Origin: a virus
Strand: one strand, 5' to 3'
Length of the DNA: 64,000 nt
Virus record (IMG/VR): IMGVR_UViG_3300017971_000214
Span: 32,001 to 96,000 of that record
Shown here: one piece after another, positions 32,778 through 40,879 of the stretch
Position numbering within the stretch: the stretch's first letter is position 1
Layout: each line of letters starts with the position of its first letter
Program-made: the position numbers and the translations under genes
The notes under the pieces: model-generated
What the model was told of the DNA's origin: nothing
What the model saw: the letters and a program-made list of their open reading frames with translations, nothing else
The model's database searches: none

Positions 32778-33302
32778 TTGGGGCAGGCGCTTTACACAGG
32801 ACCCAAGGGCCTTTGTCGAGACTGCGGCAAAGAGACCTTCATCCGGCTGGGCTCGATGGTAGGCAAGGTCAAAGAGCGCGCGTGGGAGATCCACCCGGAG
32901 CTGATGCAGCTCATCTACAGCGACATCCGCCGGGCCACCGTGATGCTCAGCAGAGGGAAGCTAGAGGTTCGGTGCCCCGCCTGTATCGAGGACCCCATCG
33001 TCCAGACGCCCAAGGCGTCCAAGCTGATGTGGGTGGCTCTGGACGGTGTTGTGGGCGACGCACCTTCAGGCATGCTCATCGGTCCGTTCTGCAACCAGTG
33101 CTTCAAGGTCCGTCGTCGTAAGTTCGAGTCGCAGGACGGCTTGGCCGCGGACCTGCCCGTCTACTACGTGACGGTCACCCAGAACAACCTGGAGATCGTC
33201 CGAGAGACCCCACGGCCCGTGGAGATTCCCCCCGAAGACGAGCCCAGTCGCGGCGGGGAGCCAGACGACTCCGGAGCAGCGGAGGTGGGGGGACTGTTTT
33301 GA
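32778..33302 (+). CDS. multi-CxxC hypothetical protein
   Basis: CRDC, CPAC, CNQC; TTG start inferred. Confidence 0.55.
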   Translation: MGQALYTGPKGLCRDCGKETFIRLGSMVGKVKERAWEIHPELMQLIYSDIRRATVMLSRGKLEVRCPACIEDPIVQTPKASKLMWVALDGVVGDAPSGMLIGPFCNQCFKVRRRKFESQDGLAADLPVYYVTVTQNNLEIVRETPRPVEIPPEDEPSRGGEPDDSGAAEVGGLF

Positions 33303-33336
33303 TGCGTCCATGTGGACGTATTGCGGAGGTGAGGTA

Positions 33337-33693
33337 ATGGTGACGAAGAAGAAGGCCAAGAAACCGGCCAAGAAACCGGCCAAGAAGGCCGTCAAGAAGA
33401 CCGCGAAGAAGGCGCAGCCGAAGAAAGCGGCCAAGAAGAAGGTAGCCAAGAAGAAGCGGGCGCCTGCGGGCTCGGATACGGTAGTCGAGCGCGAGGTGCA
33501 GTCGGCTTTGAAGGGTGGTCCCAAGAGCAACCAGGAGCTGCGTTCTCAGCTCGGCACCGAGGACAAGAAGCTGACACGGACGCTGCAGCGGCTGCGACGC
33601 CGCGGGTTGCTGAAGGTGGTCAAGGGCCGCTGGGCTCTGACGACCGTCGAGATCTGCCCCAAGTGCGGCGGCAAAGGCTGGGTCAAGAAGTAG
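33337..33693 (+). CDS. histone H1-like Lys-rich protein fused to winged HTH and zinc knuckle
   Basis: KKPAKKPAKKA repeats; LKGGPKSNQEL..L.RL..RGLL..V.GRW; CPKCGGKG. Confidence 0.75.
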   Translation: MVTKKKAKKPAKKPAKKAVKKTAKKAQPKKAAKKKVAKKKRAPAGSDTVVEREVQSALKGGPKSNQELRSQLGTEDKKLTRTLQRLRRRGLLKVVKGRWALTTVEICPKCGGKGWVKK

Positions 33694-33700
33694 GGCCGCC

Positions 33701-33835
33701 ATGCCCGCTTTCATCGCCGAGAAGCAGCTTCACCCTAAGCTGCGGGCAAGGATCAGTGTGTCCTATTGGGCCGTCGTTCTTCTGTCCTTCGTGCAGGTAG
33801 TGGTTCTGGCAGTCGTCTTGTGGAGGTGTATGTGA
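33701..33835 (+). CDS. small membrane protein (44 aa)
   Basis: ATG 33701; hydrophobic YWAVVLLSFVQVVVLAVVLW; stop overlaps the next GTG. Confidence 0.5.
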   Translation: MPAFIAEKQLHPKLRARISVSYWAVVLLSFVQVVVLAVVLWRCM

Positions 33836-34275
33836 AGCCTCAGACCACGGAGGAGCTAGCCGATTGGATCGGAATCCGCCACCGCGCGGTAGAAGGGATG
33901 GATGTCGATGAAGAGTGGACGCGGATCTGCACCACTCTTGGGCTCACCAGCGACGAGCTGGAAGCCGCCGGCCCCGAGGGCTGCCGGCGTTTCATCGACA
34001 TCTACGACCGAGGGTTCCGGGCGGCCGAAGGCATGTGGCACGGATCTTTTCAGTCCTTGCGCAAGCAGTACGGAGAGGAAGTGATCGGAAGCGACTACCG
34101 GCTCGCTGGCTTCAGCTTCGTGCAGATCAACGGCCGTATGATTCAGCTCGTAGCGAATCACACCGGGCGCACAGCGGAGGAGATTCGAGCCTACCTAGAA
34201 GGCGACGAACACAACCCGAAGTTGTTCAGGGCGTTTGCTTACTTCGGGGTTCACCCCGTAGGGAAAGGCTTCTGA
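33832..34275 (+). CDS. hypothetical protein
   Basis: SD GGAGG and GTGA coupling. Confidence 0.6.
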   Translation: MKPQTTEELADWIGIRHRAVEGMDVDEEWTRICTTLGLTSDELEAAGPEGCRRFIDIYDRGFRAAEGMWHGSFQSLRKQYGEEVIGSDYRLAGFSFVQINGRMIQLVANHTGRTAEEIRAYLEGDEHNPKLFRAFAYFGVHPVGKGF

Positions 34276-34688
34276 TGAGCTGGCCCAAAGCCGCGGTCTA
34301 CCTCCCGCCTCCGTGGAACAGCCCACGGACGGTAGACGTCCTAGGATTCTACAGGAACGCCGTGTGTGGCGTAGACGGAAAGGTACGCATTACCAACGGA
34401 GAGTGGACCGAAGAGCTAGGGCTCAAGAACGCGCTGAAGTTCGAGGACATGGCCCCCGGTGTGCACATCGTAGAGGAGCCTATCCTTTGGGTCCGCTTGC
34501 GGCTGGGGTGGCCCGCGTGTGAGCGACGGTTCGAGATCCCAGGACGCGACGTGGTGTGGGTCAACACCGAGGCCGCGCAGGCGTACCGCATAGGAACCAT
34601 GCTGCCCGTCATCGGAGTCGGCTACGCAGCCGACGAGAAACTGAGGCTGTTCAGAGAGGAGTTCGGAGATGGGAAAGCCCCAGCGTAA
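34275..34688 (+). CDS. hypothetical protein
   Basis: TGATG coupling. Confidence 0.6.
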   Translation: MSWPKAAVYLPPPWNSPRTVDVLGFYRNAVCGVDGKVRITNGEWTEELGLKNALKFEDMAPGVHIVEEPILWVRLRLGWPACERRFEIPGRDVVWVNTEAAQAYRIGTMLPVIGVGYAADEKLRLFREEFGDGKAPA

Positions 34689-35235
34689 GCACTACGTGCT
34701 GTTCATCAGTCCGGGGACGTTGTTCTCGGAGACCACTAGCAAGGCCATCGACTCGTGGGACACCAAGAAGGCGGTGGAGCTGTCCAAGGGCATCGAGGAG
34801 CGCCACGGCGCCACGCCCTACGGCTTCCGGTTCGAGACCTACCTGAAGGGCGAACCCGTACCGGATGGAGAGGGAGGAACACTGGAGGTGCGCCCCAAGC
34901 GCGTCGAGACTTCGGGCATTCACTTCTTGGGAGGGAGGATCGAATCCTACGGTGAAGTGGTGACTCGAAACGACCCCAAGGAGGACATCCTTCGCAGCAA
35001 CATGCGAGGCGAGACGGCGTTCATCTGCATCAACACCAACAGCTACAAGAGCACGACGCCCTTCGGGGAGGACGACTGCGTGGTGGACGAAGAGGGCAAC
35101 GTGGTTGAGCGCGGGAACGATCCCGAGCGCATGAAGTACCGCGAAGAGGTCAAGGCGGAATGGGACCGCCAGCACGAAGAGGACATGAAGAGATGGAGAG
35201 CGAGGGAAGAATCCGCATCCGCAAACGAGACCTGA
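34669..35235 (+). CDS. conserved phage hypothetical protein
   Basis: F.SPGTLFSE..ERHGATPYGFRF..SG.HFLGG..ILRSNM motif. Confidence 0.75.
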   Translation: MGKPQRKHYVLFISPGTLFSETTSKAIDSWDTKKAVELSKGIEERHGATPYGFRFETYLKGEPVPDGEGGTLEVRPKRVETSGIHFLGGRIESYGEVVTRNDPKEDILRSNMRGETAFICINTNSYKSTTPFGEDDCVVDEEGNVVERGNDPERMKYREEVKAEWDRQHEEDMKRWRAREESASANET

Positions 35236-35426
35236 TCAGCACAGGCAAGGGCAAGAAGCTGCACATCGTGGAGGGGGTCGAGAACGGGATGGTGCACGTG
35301 CTCTGCTGCGCGCACATCTACGAGGACAACGTGGTGGAGCGCATGTCTCCCAGCTTGGCAGTGCGCGGCCGTGTGTGCCGGCGGTGCCAGGCGTACTTCA
35401 ACAAGTGGAACGCAGCCAAGCGCTGA
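35193..35426 (+). CDS. small zinc-binding protein
   Basis: H..LCC..VCRRC. Confidence 0.55.
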   Translation: MESEGRIRIRKRDLISTGKGKKLHIVEGVENGMVHVLCCAHIYEDNVVERMSPSLAVRGRVCRRCQAYFNKWNAAKR

Positions 35427-35439
35427 CTAGAGGTGAACC

Positions 35440-35880
35440 ATGACCATCAAGAAGACCACCATCCTGATCATTCTGGGCGTACTACTCGCCTGCGGTCTGA
35501 CCGGCTTCGGTTGCTGGGCAGTACCCAAGTGGAACGTCTACAGCCAAGAGATGTCGGGCAAGGCCAAGCTAGCAGAGGCTGAGTCCTCTCGGCAGATCGC
35601 CATTCTCGAAGCCAAGGCTAAGCAGGAAAGCGCCAAGATGCTCGCGGTTGCCGAGGTCGAGCGCGCCAAGGGAGTAGCGCAGGCCAACCAGATCATAGGC
35701 GAGTCGCTGAAGGGCAACGAGAGCTACCTGCGATACCTCTGGATCCAGGGTCTGCAGGACGGTAGCAGCGAGGTCATCTACATTCCGACCGAGGCCAACA
35801 TGCCCATCCTCGAAGCTCGGGACGAGCGCCCCACGCCTAAAGCGGAGAAGGCTGCTACGCCGCCTCCCGAAAAGAAGTAG
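35440..35880 (+). CDS. SPFH/band-7-related phage membrane protein
   Basis: TM helix, then G.A.LAEAE..RQI..AEVERAKGVA.AN.IIG.SL..YLRYLWI..YIPTEAN.PILEA. Confidence 0.75.
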   Translation: MTIKKTTILIILGVLLACGLTGFGCWAVPKWNVYSQEMSGKAKLAEAESSRQIAILEAKAKQESAKMLAVAEVERAKGVAQANQIIGESLKGNESYLRYLWIQGLQDGSSEVIYIPTEANMPILEARDERPTPKAEKAATPPPEKK

Positions 35881-35892
35881 GAGAAGAACGAG

Positions 35893-36819
35893 ATGCGATT
35901 GGTCAAACCGTACTACGAGGTGGAAAACTTCCCTCCCGGTGATGAAGTCCTGGCGATGTTGGAGCGCGCGGCCCGGACTTGCTACAAGTCGGAGGACAAG
36001 ATCGAGGATGGTCGGGAGGTGTGCTCTCACTGCAAGGGCACCGGCTACGAGGCGAAGCTCCGGTACTCCGAGATGGAGGATCGAGTCTCTGGCGCTCACG
36101 TCCAGAAGTGCTCCGAGTGCGGAGGTGTTGGCTACCATCAGATCGACGAGCCTTCGAGCTACGCCATCATCAAGAAGATCCTGAAGTCCAACCGACGCGC
36201 CAAGCTCGTCAAGAAGATCACCGAGCGGCTGGGGTTTGTGGGACGTGCCGGTGTGCTGACGGGAGCCACGGAGGGCGAGCTGGCGGAGGTCGCCGAAGCT
36301 ATCATCGACGACGTGTGGAACGACGACCCGGCACACGAGTCGGTCATCGAGCACGTTAGCGCTACGGTCCGGTTCATCTGTGCTCGCGGCATCACACACG
36401 AGATGGTGCGCCACAGGATCGCAGCCTATTCGCAGGAGTCGACGAGGTACTGCAACTACTCGAAGGGGAAGTTTGGCGAGTCCATCACCTTCATCGACGA
36501 CGAGCACTACCTGACCGACGAGCAGCGCGAGTGGGGCCGGGCTGCGCAGAAGGTCATGGAGGACACGTACATGAAGATGGTGGAGAGCGGTCTCGCTCCG
36601 CAGATCGCGAGGAACTATCTCCCCATCGGGCTGAAGACGGAGATCGTCGCGACCTACAACATGCGCCAGTGGAGAAACGTATTCAAGCAACGGTGCTCCC
36701 CAAGGGCACACCCCCAAATGAGGGAACTGATGGTCCCTTTGCTTCACGACTTCCGTGCGCGTGTTCCGATTCTGTTCGACGACATCTACCCGAACATGAC
36801 GTGGCCGGAGGCGGTATGA
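35893..36819 (+). CDS. thyX: FAD-dependent thymidylate synthase ThyX with zinc-finger insertion
   Basis: HESVIEH, RHRIAAYSQESTRY signature, AR..LP, N.RQW. Confidence 0.92.
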   Translation: MRLVKPYYEVENFPPGDEVLAMLERAARTCYKSEDKIEDGREVCSHCKGTGYEAKLRYSEMEDRVSGAHVQKCSECGGVGYHQIDEPSSYAIIKKILKSNRRAKLVKKITERLGFVGRAGVLTGATEGELAEVAEAIIDDVWNDDPAHESVIEHVSATVRFICARGITHEMVRHRIAAYSQESTRYCNYSKGKFGESITFIDDEHYLTDEQREWGRAAQKVMEDTYMKMVESGLAPQIARNYLPIGLKTEIVATYNMRQWRNVFKQRCSPRAHPQMRELMVPLLHDFRARVPILFDDIYPNMTWPEAV

Positions 36820-37499
36820 TCGCCGAAGAAGTCGAGCCCTTGGTACTCGTGGTGCAGGGGACCGAGAAGCCCTGTGGGTACGCGTGTCCGACCTGCAAGA
36901 AGGTGTACGTCAGCGCCTATGACGACCCGAGCGAGAAGGCGATGGCGACGGTGCGAGATGTAGCCCAGCGGTGCTGCGCGGAGAAGGTCTGCCAGGACTG
37001 TGGCAAGATCTCCGGAGACTCCAAGTACGTCTACACGGTGTGCGCCGAGTGCCGGGCCAAGAACGACGCTGAGCGGGAGGCCAAGCGTTTCGAGAAGGCC
37101 AAGAAGGTGCCGCTCTCCGACTACGACGGCGAGACGCTGTACTGGGAGGAGAACTACTACAACGACGTGTGGGAGCTGTACGACCACTGTGTGGACAACA
37201 CCGAGGAAGGTGAGGAGCCTGACTTTCCCGAGTACGTGTGGGCCTGCAAGCGGGTGCCTTTCACGCTCGATGCTGACCGCATGGTGAGCGACGAGTGCGA
37301 GTACAACCACCACGACGAAGCCTACGATCGTATTCCGCGGAGCGAGATCGCAGACCTCCAAGTGTTTCTCGACGGTTGGTGCGAGCAGCAAGGGGTGACG
37401 ACCTACGAGCAGGACACCGGCACAGCAGTCTTGATCCCGCCACCTCCGAAGGACTACCAAGACGGGCTGGAAGACACCCCAGTCGAGAAGGAGTCGTAG
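36816..37499 (+). CDS. Cys-rich hypothetical phage protein
   Basis: CPTC..CC..CQDC..CAEC; ATGA coupling. Confidence 0.7.
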   Translation: MIAEEVEPLVLVVQGTEKPCGYACPTCKKVYVSAYDDPSEKAMATVRDVAQRCCAEKVCQDCGKISGDSKYVYTVCAECRAKNDAEREAKRFEKAKKVPLSDYDGETLYWEENYYNDVWELYDHCVDNTEEGEEPDFPEYVWACKRVPFTLDADRMVSDECEYNHHDEAYDRIPRSEIADLQVFLDGWCEQQGVTTYEQDTGTAVLIPPPPKDYQDGLEDTPVEKES

Positions 37500-37501
37500 G
37501 G

Positions 37502-38212
37502 ATGTTGATCGGAATTTCAGGCATGGCCGGTTCTGGGAAGGACGTGGTCGCCACCGACTTGGTGGAGGACTTCGGGTTCGTGCAGGTCGCCCTGGCGGAC
37601 CCGGTGAAGCGCGCAGCTCGGCATGTGTACGACTTCACGGTGGAGCAGTTGTGGGGGCCGAGCCCCGAGCGCGCGAAGCCTGACACCCGCTACCCGCGCG
37701 AGCATGGCCCGTGGACGGACGACGAGAAGTGTCTGTGCTGCGGCGTGGAGTGGGGCAGGCCGGCGCAGAAGAAGCAGTGCTACCTGACGCCTCGCTTCGC
37801 TATCCAGACGCTCGGGACCGAGTGGGGGCGCGGGTGCTACTTGGACACGTGGGTGGACTACACCATCCGAACCGCCAACCGGCTGCTCGGTCCCCAAGGG
37901 GAGCATCTTCGCTACGATCCTGTGGACGGGATCATCGAAGCACCGTTGCGCGACAGCTGGAAGGCGAAGGGCGTGGTGGTGTCGGACATCCGGTTCCGCA
38001 ACGAGTTGGAGGCCATTCGTGCAGCGGATAGCAAGCTGTGGCGAGTGCTGCGCGTCGGCCACGAGAAGCCCAAATGGAACCACGAGTCCGAAACGGAGCA
38101 GCAGGGTTTCAAAGACGAGGAGTTCGACGTGGTGCTCAAGAACGCGGGCACCTTGGCGGACCTACACACGCTGGTGAAGAGGTCGATGATGGCGATCAAG
38201 GAGCTAGGATGA
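37502..38212 (+). CDS. deoxynucleoside monophosphate kinase
   Basis: IGISGMAGSGKD, ADPVK, TPR..Q..GTE.GR, SDIRFRNE, HESE. Confidence 0.9.
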   Translation: MLIGISGMAGSGKDVVATDLVEDFGFVQVALADPVKRAARHVYDFTVEQLWGPSPERAKPDTRYPREHGPWTDDEKCLCCGVEWGRPAQKKQCYLTPRFAIQTLGTEWGRGCYLDTWVDYTIRTANRLLGPQGEHLRYDPVDGIIEAPLRDSWKAKGVVVSDIRFRNELEAIRAADSKLWRVLRVGHEKPKWNHESETEQQGFKDEEFDVVLKNAGTLADLHTLVKRSMMAIKELG

Positions 38213-38535
38213 ACTTCAGCGAGTACCAGAAGAAGGCCGGAACGACGGCGCTCTACCCCGACCGAGGCAACCACATCGCCTACCCCGCGCTAGGGCTTGC
38301 CGGCGAAGCTGGCGAGGTCGCAGAGAAGGTGAAGAAGATCTTGCGAGGAGACCGCGAGTTGGACGACGAGTACCGCGCGGTGCTGCGCAAAGAACTCGGG
38401 GATGTCCTGTGGTACGTGGCGGCGATGTGCCACGAGATCGGAGCCGACATGCAGGACGTCGCCGAGGAGAACATCGCGAAGCTCGCCTCGCGGAAGGAGC
38501 GTGGGGTCATCCGCGGAAGTGGGGATGACCGATGA
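38209..38535 (+). CDS. MazG-like nucleotide pyrophosphohydrolase
   Basis: LGLAGEAGEVAEKVKK..ELGDVLWY..N..KL..R. Confidence 0.92.
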   Translation: MNFSEYQKKAGTTALYPDRGNHIAYPALGLAGEAGEVAEKVKKILRGDRELDDEYRAVLRKELGDVLWYVAAMCHEIGADMQDVAEENIAKLASRKERGVIRGSGDDR

Positions 38536-38735
38536 AGGTCGAGCCCGGACCCGAGCTGACGAGGGCGCAGGGGGACCTCGTGATGGAGCTGTTGTCCGAT
38601 GCGCGTGACAGCGTGTACCGAGCGGCGCAGGAAATCGGATCGAAGGACCCGGCCCACGACGTCCTGTGGAGCATGGCCGGGAGGATCGAACACGAGAAGG
38701 TCAAGCTGCTGCGGCGGTGCAAACAATGCTCTTGA
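38532..38735 (+). CDS. hypothetical protein
   Basis: ATGA coupling. Confidence 0.5.
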   Translation: MKVEPGPELTRAQGDLVMELLSDARDSVYRAAQEIGSKDPAHDVLWSMAGRIEHEKVKLLRRCKQCS

Positions 38736-38744
38736 CCGATCTGA

Positions 38745-38905
38745 ATGTAGGCGGTAGTCCTACATGCCAGGCTGGACTAAGCCTCCAGCACAGTGGGTGG
38801 TCACTCCAGAAGCGAAGAAGAGTCCGGAAGGGGATCTTCACCGGTTTCTCCCCCCTGCCGGTGATGCCCGGCTTAGCTTTCGGGCTCTCCTTCGCCGCTG
38901 GAGTG
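38745..38905 (+). other. structured intergenic element upstream of the initiator
   Basis: Hairpins ATGTAGG/CCTACAT and GCTGGA/TCCAGC, plus a long stem CACTCCAG..CTGGAGTG with nested pairings. Confidence 0.55.
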
Positions 38906-38937
38906 CGTCTTGAAGCCGATGAGAGGAGCCCGTAGCC

Positions 38938-40212
38938 ATGCCCCGACCCAAGAAGCAGCCGGCCCGTGTGAACCCTTGGCGCCTCTTTGTGGGGGCCATG
39001 GTGCCCAACTGGCTGCTGCTGCGCCCCGAGCTGTCCCTCGGTGCCAAGCTCGTCTACGGGCGCCTCGCCCAGTACGCCGGGCGCCGGGGCTACGCCTACC
39101 CACTCATGAAGACCCTCGGGCGCGCGGTAGGGGTCAGCGAGAGGCAAGCGCGACGCTACGTCTCGGAGCTGAAGAACCACGGTCTCCTGGACACGGTCGA
39201 CTACTCGGAGACCAACCGACCGAGCCGGTACTACTTCCTAAGCCACCACTGGATGTATGAAGAGGAAGTACACGAAACCACACTAGAAAGCGCGGGGGAC
39301 CAGGACCAAGAAGAAAACGACCAGGAATTGCAGAGCGATTCCGAGGATTTGACACACCCCCCGGACACATATGACCGGACCCCCCGGACACATATGACCG
39401 GACCCCCCGGACAGATGTGTCCGCCAGAAGAGAGTCAGGGAAGAGAGTCAGAGAAAGAGACTCAGGGTAGCGCCTTGCGGCGCCCCATCCCGGAAACGCC
39501 TCCTTCCGGCCCCCCGTCGAAACCGCAGGATACTGAATACGCCAGGCCACCTGATATGAAACGCGATTGTCAAGTGGGGCGCTCAGTTCCGGTCCCCTCG
39601 GTGGCCGAGCTGGGTGCGGTCGTGAAGGCCGCTCAAGCGGAGGCCGACGACGCCGCGCGCATCAAGGCGGCCAAGAAGAAGGCCGCGGCGGAGCGACGCC
39701 AGCGGTACAACGAGCAGCGCAAGGAGAACCGGAAGAACGAGCAGCGCGCGACCAACCTGCAGGGCAATGGGCTGAACGGGTCGAAGCTCACTCCTGAGCA
39801 GCGCAAGCGCCTGAAGAAGTGCGAGGGGCTGTGGCTATCCGGCATGCGGGCTCGTTGGCCCGACGCTACGTTTGCGGCGTGGAGCGGGAAGGAGCGCGGG
39901 CAGTGCACCAAGTTGCTGAAGCTCTACCCTGGTGACCTCGTAGGGCAAGCGCTATCCTATGTGATAACCAACTGGGATGCGATCAAGGAGAGGCTGTTCA
40001 GAGGCAAAGGCTCCTTCCCCACGGTGGGGATGGTGCTCCGGCTGCACGACGTGCTGGTCCCCGAAGCCGAGACGCTAGGAAAGGCGCTGGCTGTTCGGGA
40101 CGAATACAAGCAGTGGTTCAAAGACAACCCCAACAGCCTGTACCCACCGGATGACCTGGAGGCCAGGTACAACGCGGTCAAACCAGATCTCGAAGCGCTT
40201 GGATTGGAATAG
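38938..40212 (+). CDS. phage replication initiator (N-terminal winged HTH)
   Basis: LSLGAKLVYGRL..AYP...LGRAVGVSERQARRYVSEL...GLL HTH; internal repeats; upstream of DnaC-like and DnaB. Confidence 0.8.
   Translation: MPRPKKQPARVNPWRLFVGAMVPNWLLLRPELSLGAKLVYGRLAQYAGRRGYAYPLMKTLGRAVGVSERQARRYVSELKNHGLLDTVDYSETNRPSRYYFLSHHWMYEEEVHETTLESAGDQDQEENDQELQSDSEDLTHPPDTYDRTPRTHMTGPPGQMCPPEESQGRESEKETQGSALRRPIPETPPSGPPSKPQDTEYARPPDMKRDCQVGRSVPVPSVAELGAVVKAAQAEADDAARIKAAKKKAAAERRQRYNEQRKENRKNEQRATNLQGNGLNGSKLTPEQRKRLKKCEGLWLSGMRARWPDATFAAWSGKERGQCTKLLKLYPGDLVGQALSYVITNWDAIKERLFRGKGSFPTVGMVLRLHDVLVPEAETLGKALAVRDEYKQWFKDNPNSLYPPDDLEARYNAVKPDLEALGLE
39356..39422 (+). repeat. iteron-like tandem repeat (probable replication origin)
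   Basis: ACCCCCCGGACACATATGACCGG x2 perfect (23 bp, not a multiple of 3) plus a degenerate third copy. Confidence 0.75.
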
Positions 40213-40845
40213 ATGAAGGATGGAGGGAGCAACGTGGAGCGGCTGCGCCGCACGCTAGGTCGATCGGACCTGGAGCGCATGAACATCCCGAAGAAGTTCT
40301 GGGGTGCGAAGGTGCAGTATGCCCCCGAGAGCGTGCGCGACGTCGTGCGCCGCTACCTGCTCAACATCGACAATATGGTGGCCCGCGGGGCCGGCATGTA
40401 CGTCGTCGGGAAGCCCGGCGTGGGCAAGACCTCTATCGCCGTTATGGTCTGCAAGGAAGCGCGTTCCTGCGGCTTCACGGCCTACTTCACCCCCATCTGG
40501 GAGTTGAGGGAGTGCATCAAGTCCAGAGTCATGTTCGAAGAGAACACGTCGGTTCTGGACCGCTGCAAGGAAGTCGATGTTCTGGTGCTCGATGATCTCT
40601 GCGCCGATGACGTCAAAGACTACACGTTCGGCGCTCGTCGCATCGAGGAGCTGCTGTCGTACCGGAGTTCTCAGAAGCTCGTCACTGCGGTTACGACGCG
40701 ATTGGATGCGTCGGAGCTGAAGAGCAAATTCGCATCCTTGATTTCATCGACACGTGGGTGCATGGTGTTCCTCCCCGTCGAAGGCCCAGACCTGAGACGG
40801 AAGCAGGACGAAGAGTTGAATAGAGCGGTGTTCGGTTCGGACTAG
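40213..40845 (+). CDS. DnaC/IstB-like helicase loader ATPase
   Basis: GKPGVGKT Walker A; VLVLDDL Walker B; V.GPDLR. Confidence 0.85.
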   Translation: MKDGGSNVERLRRTLGRSDLERMNIPKKFWGAKVQYAPESVRDVVRRYLLNIDNMVARGAGMYVVGKPGVGKTSIAVMVCKEARSCGFTAYFTPIWELRECIKSRVMFEENTSVLDRCKEVDVLVLDDLCADDVKDYTFGARRIEELLSYRSSQKLVTAVTTRLDASELKSKFASLISSTRGCMVFLPVEGPDLRRKQDEELNRAVFGSD

Positions 40846-40879
40846 CACGCGATCTGGCGTTGCTGTCTGGGGGATAGTA

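Noticed and set aside
33346-33450. 12-nt tandem DNA repeats (AAGAAACCGGCC)
   Set aside because: Explained by coding for the KKPA protein repeats.
38745-38905. tRNA or tmRNA
   Set aside because: No cloverleaf, T-loop GTTCRA or CCA end was found; no tRNA was recognised anywhere in the window by eye.
39356-39422. CRISPR-like array
   Set aside because: The repeats are directly tandem with no spacers, and the Cas4-like gene has no cas1/cas2 neighbours. Interpreted as iterons and a recombination exonuclease.
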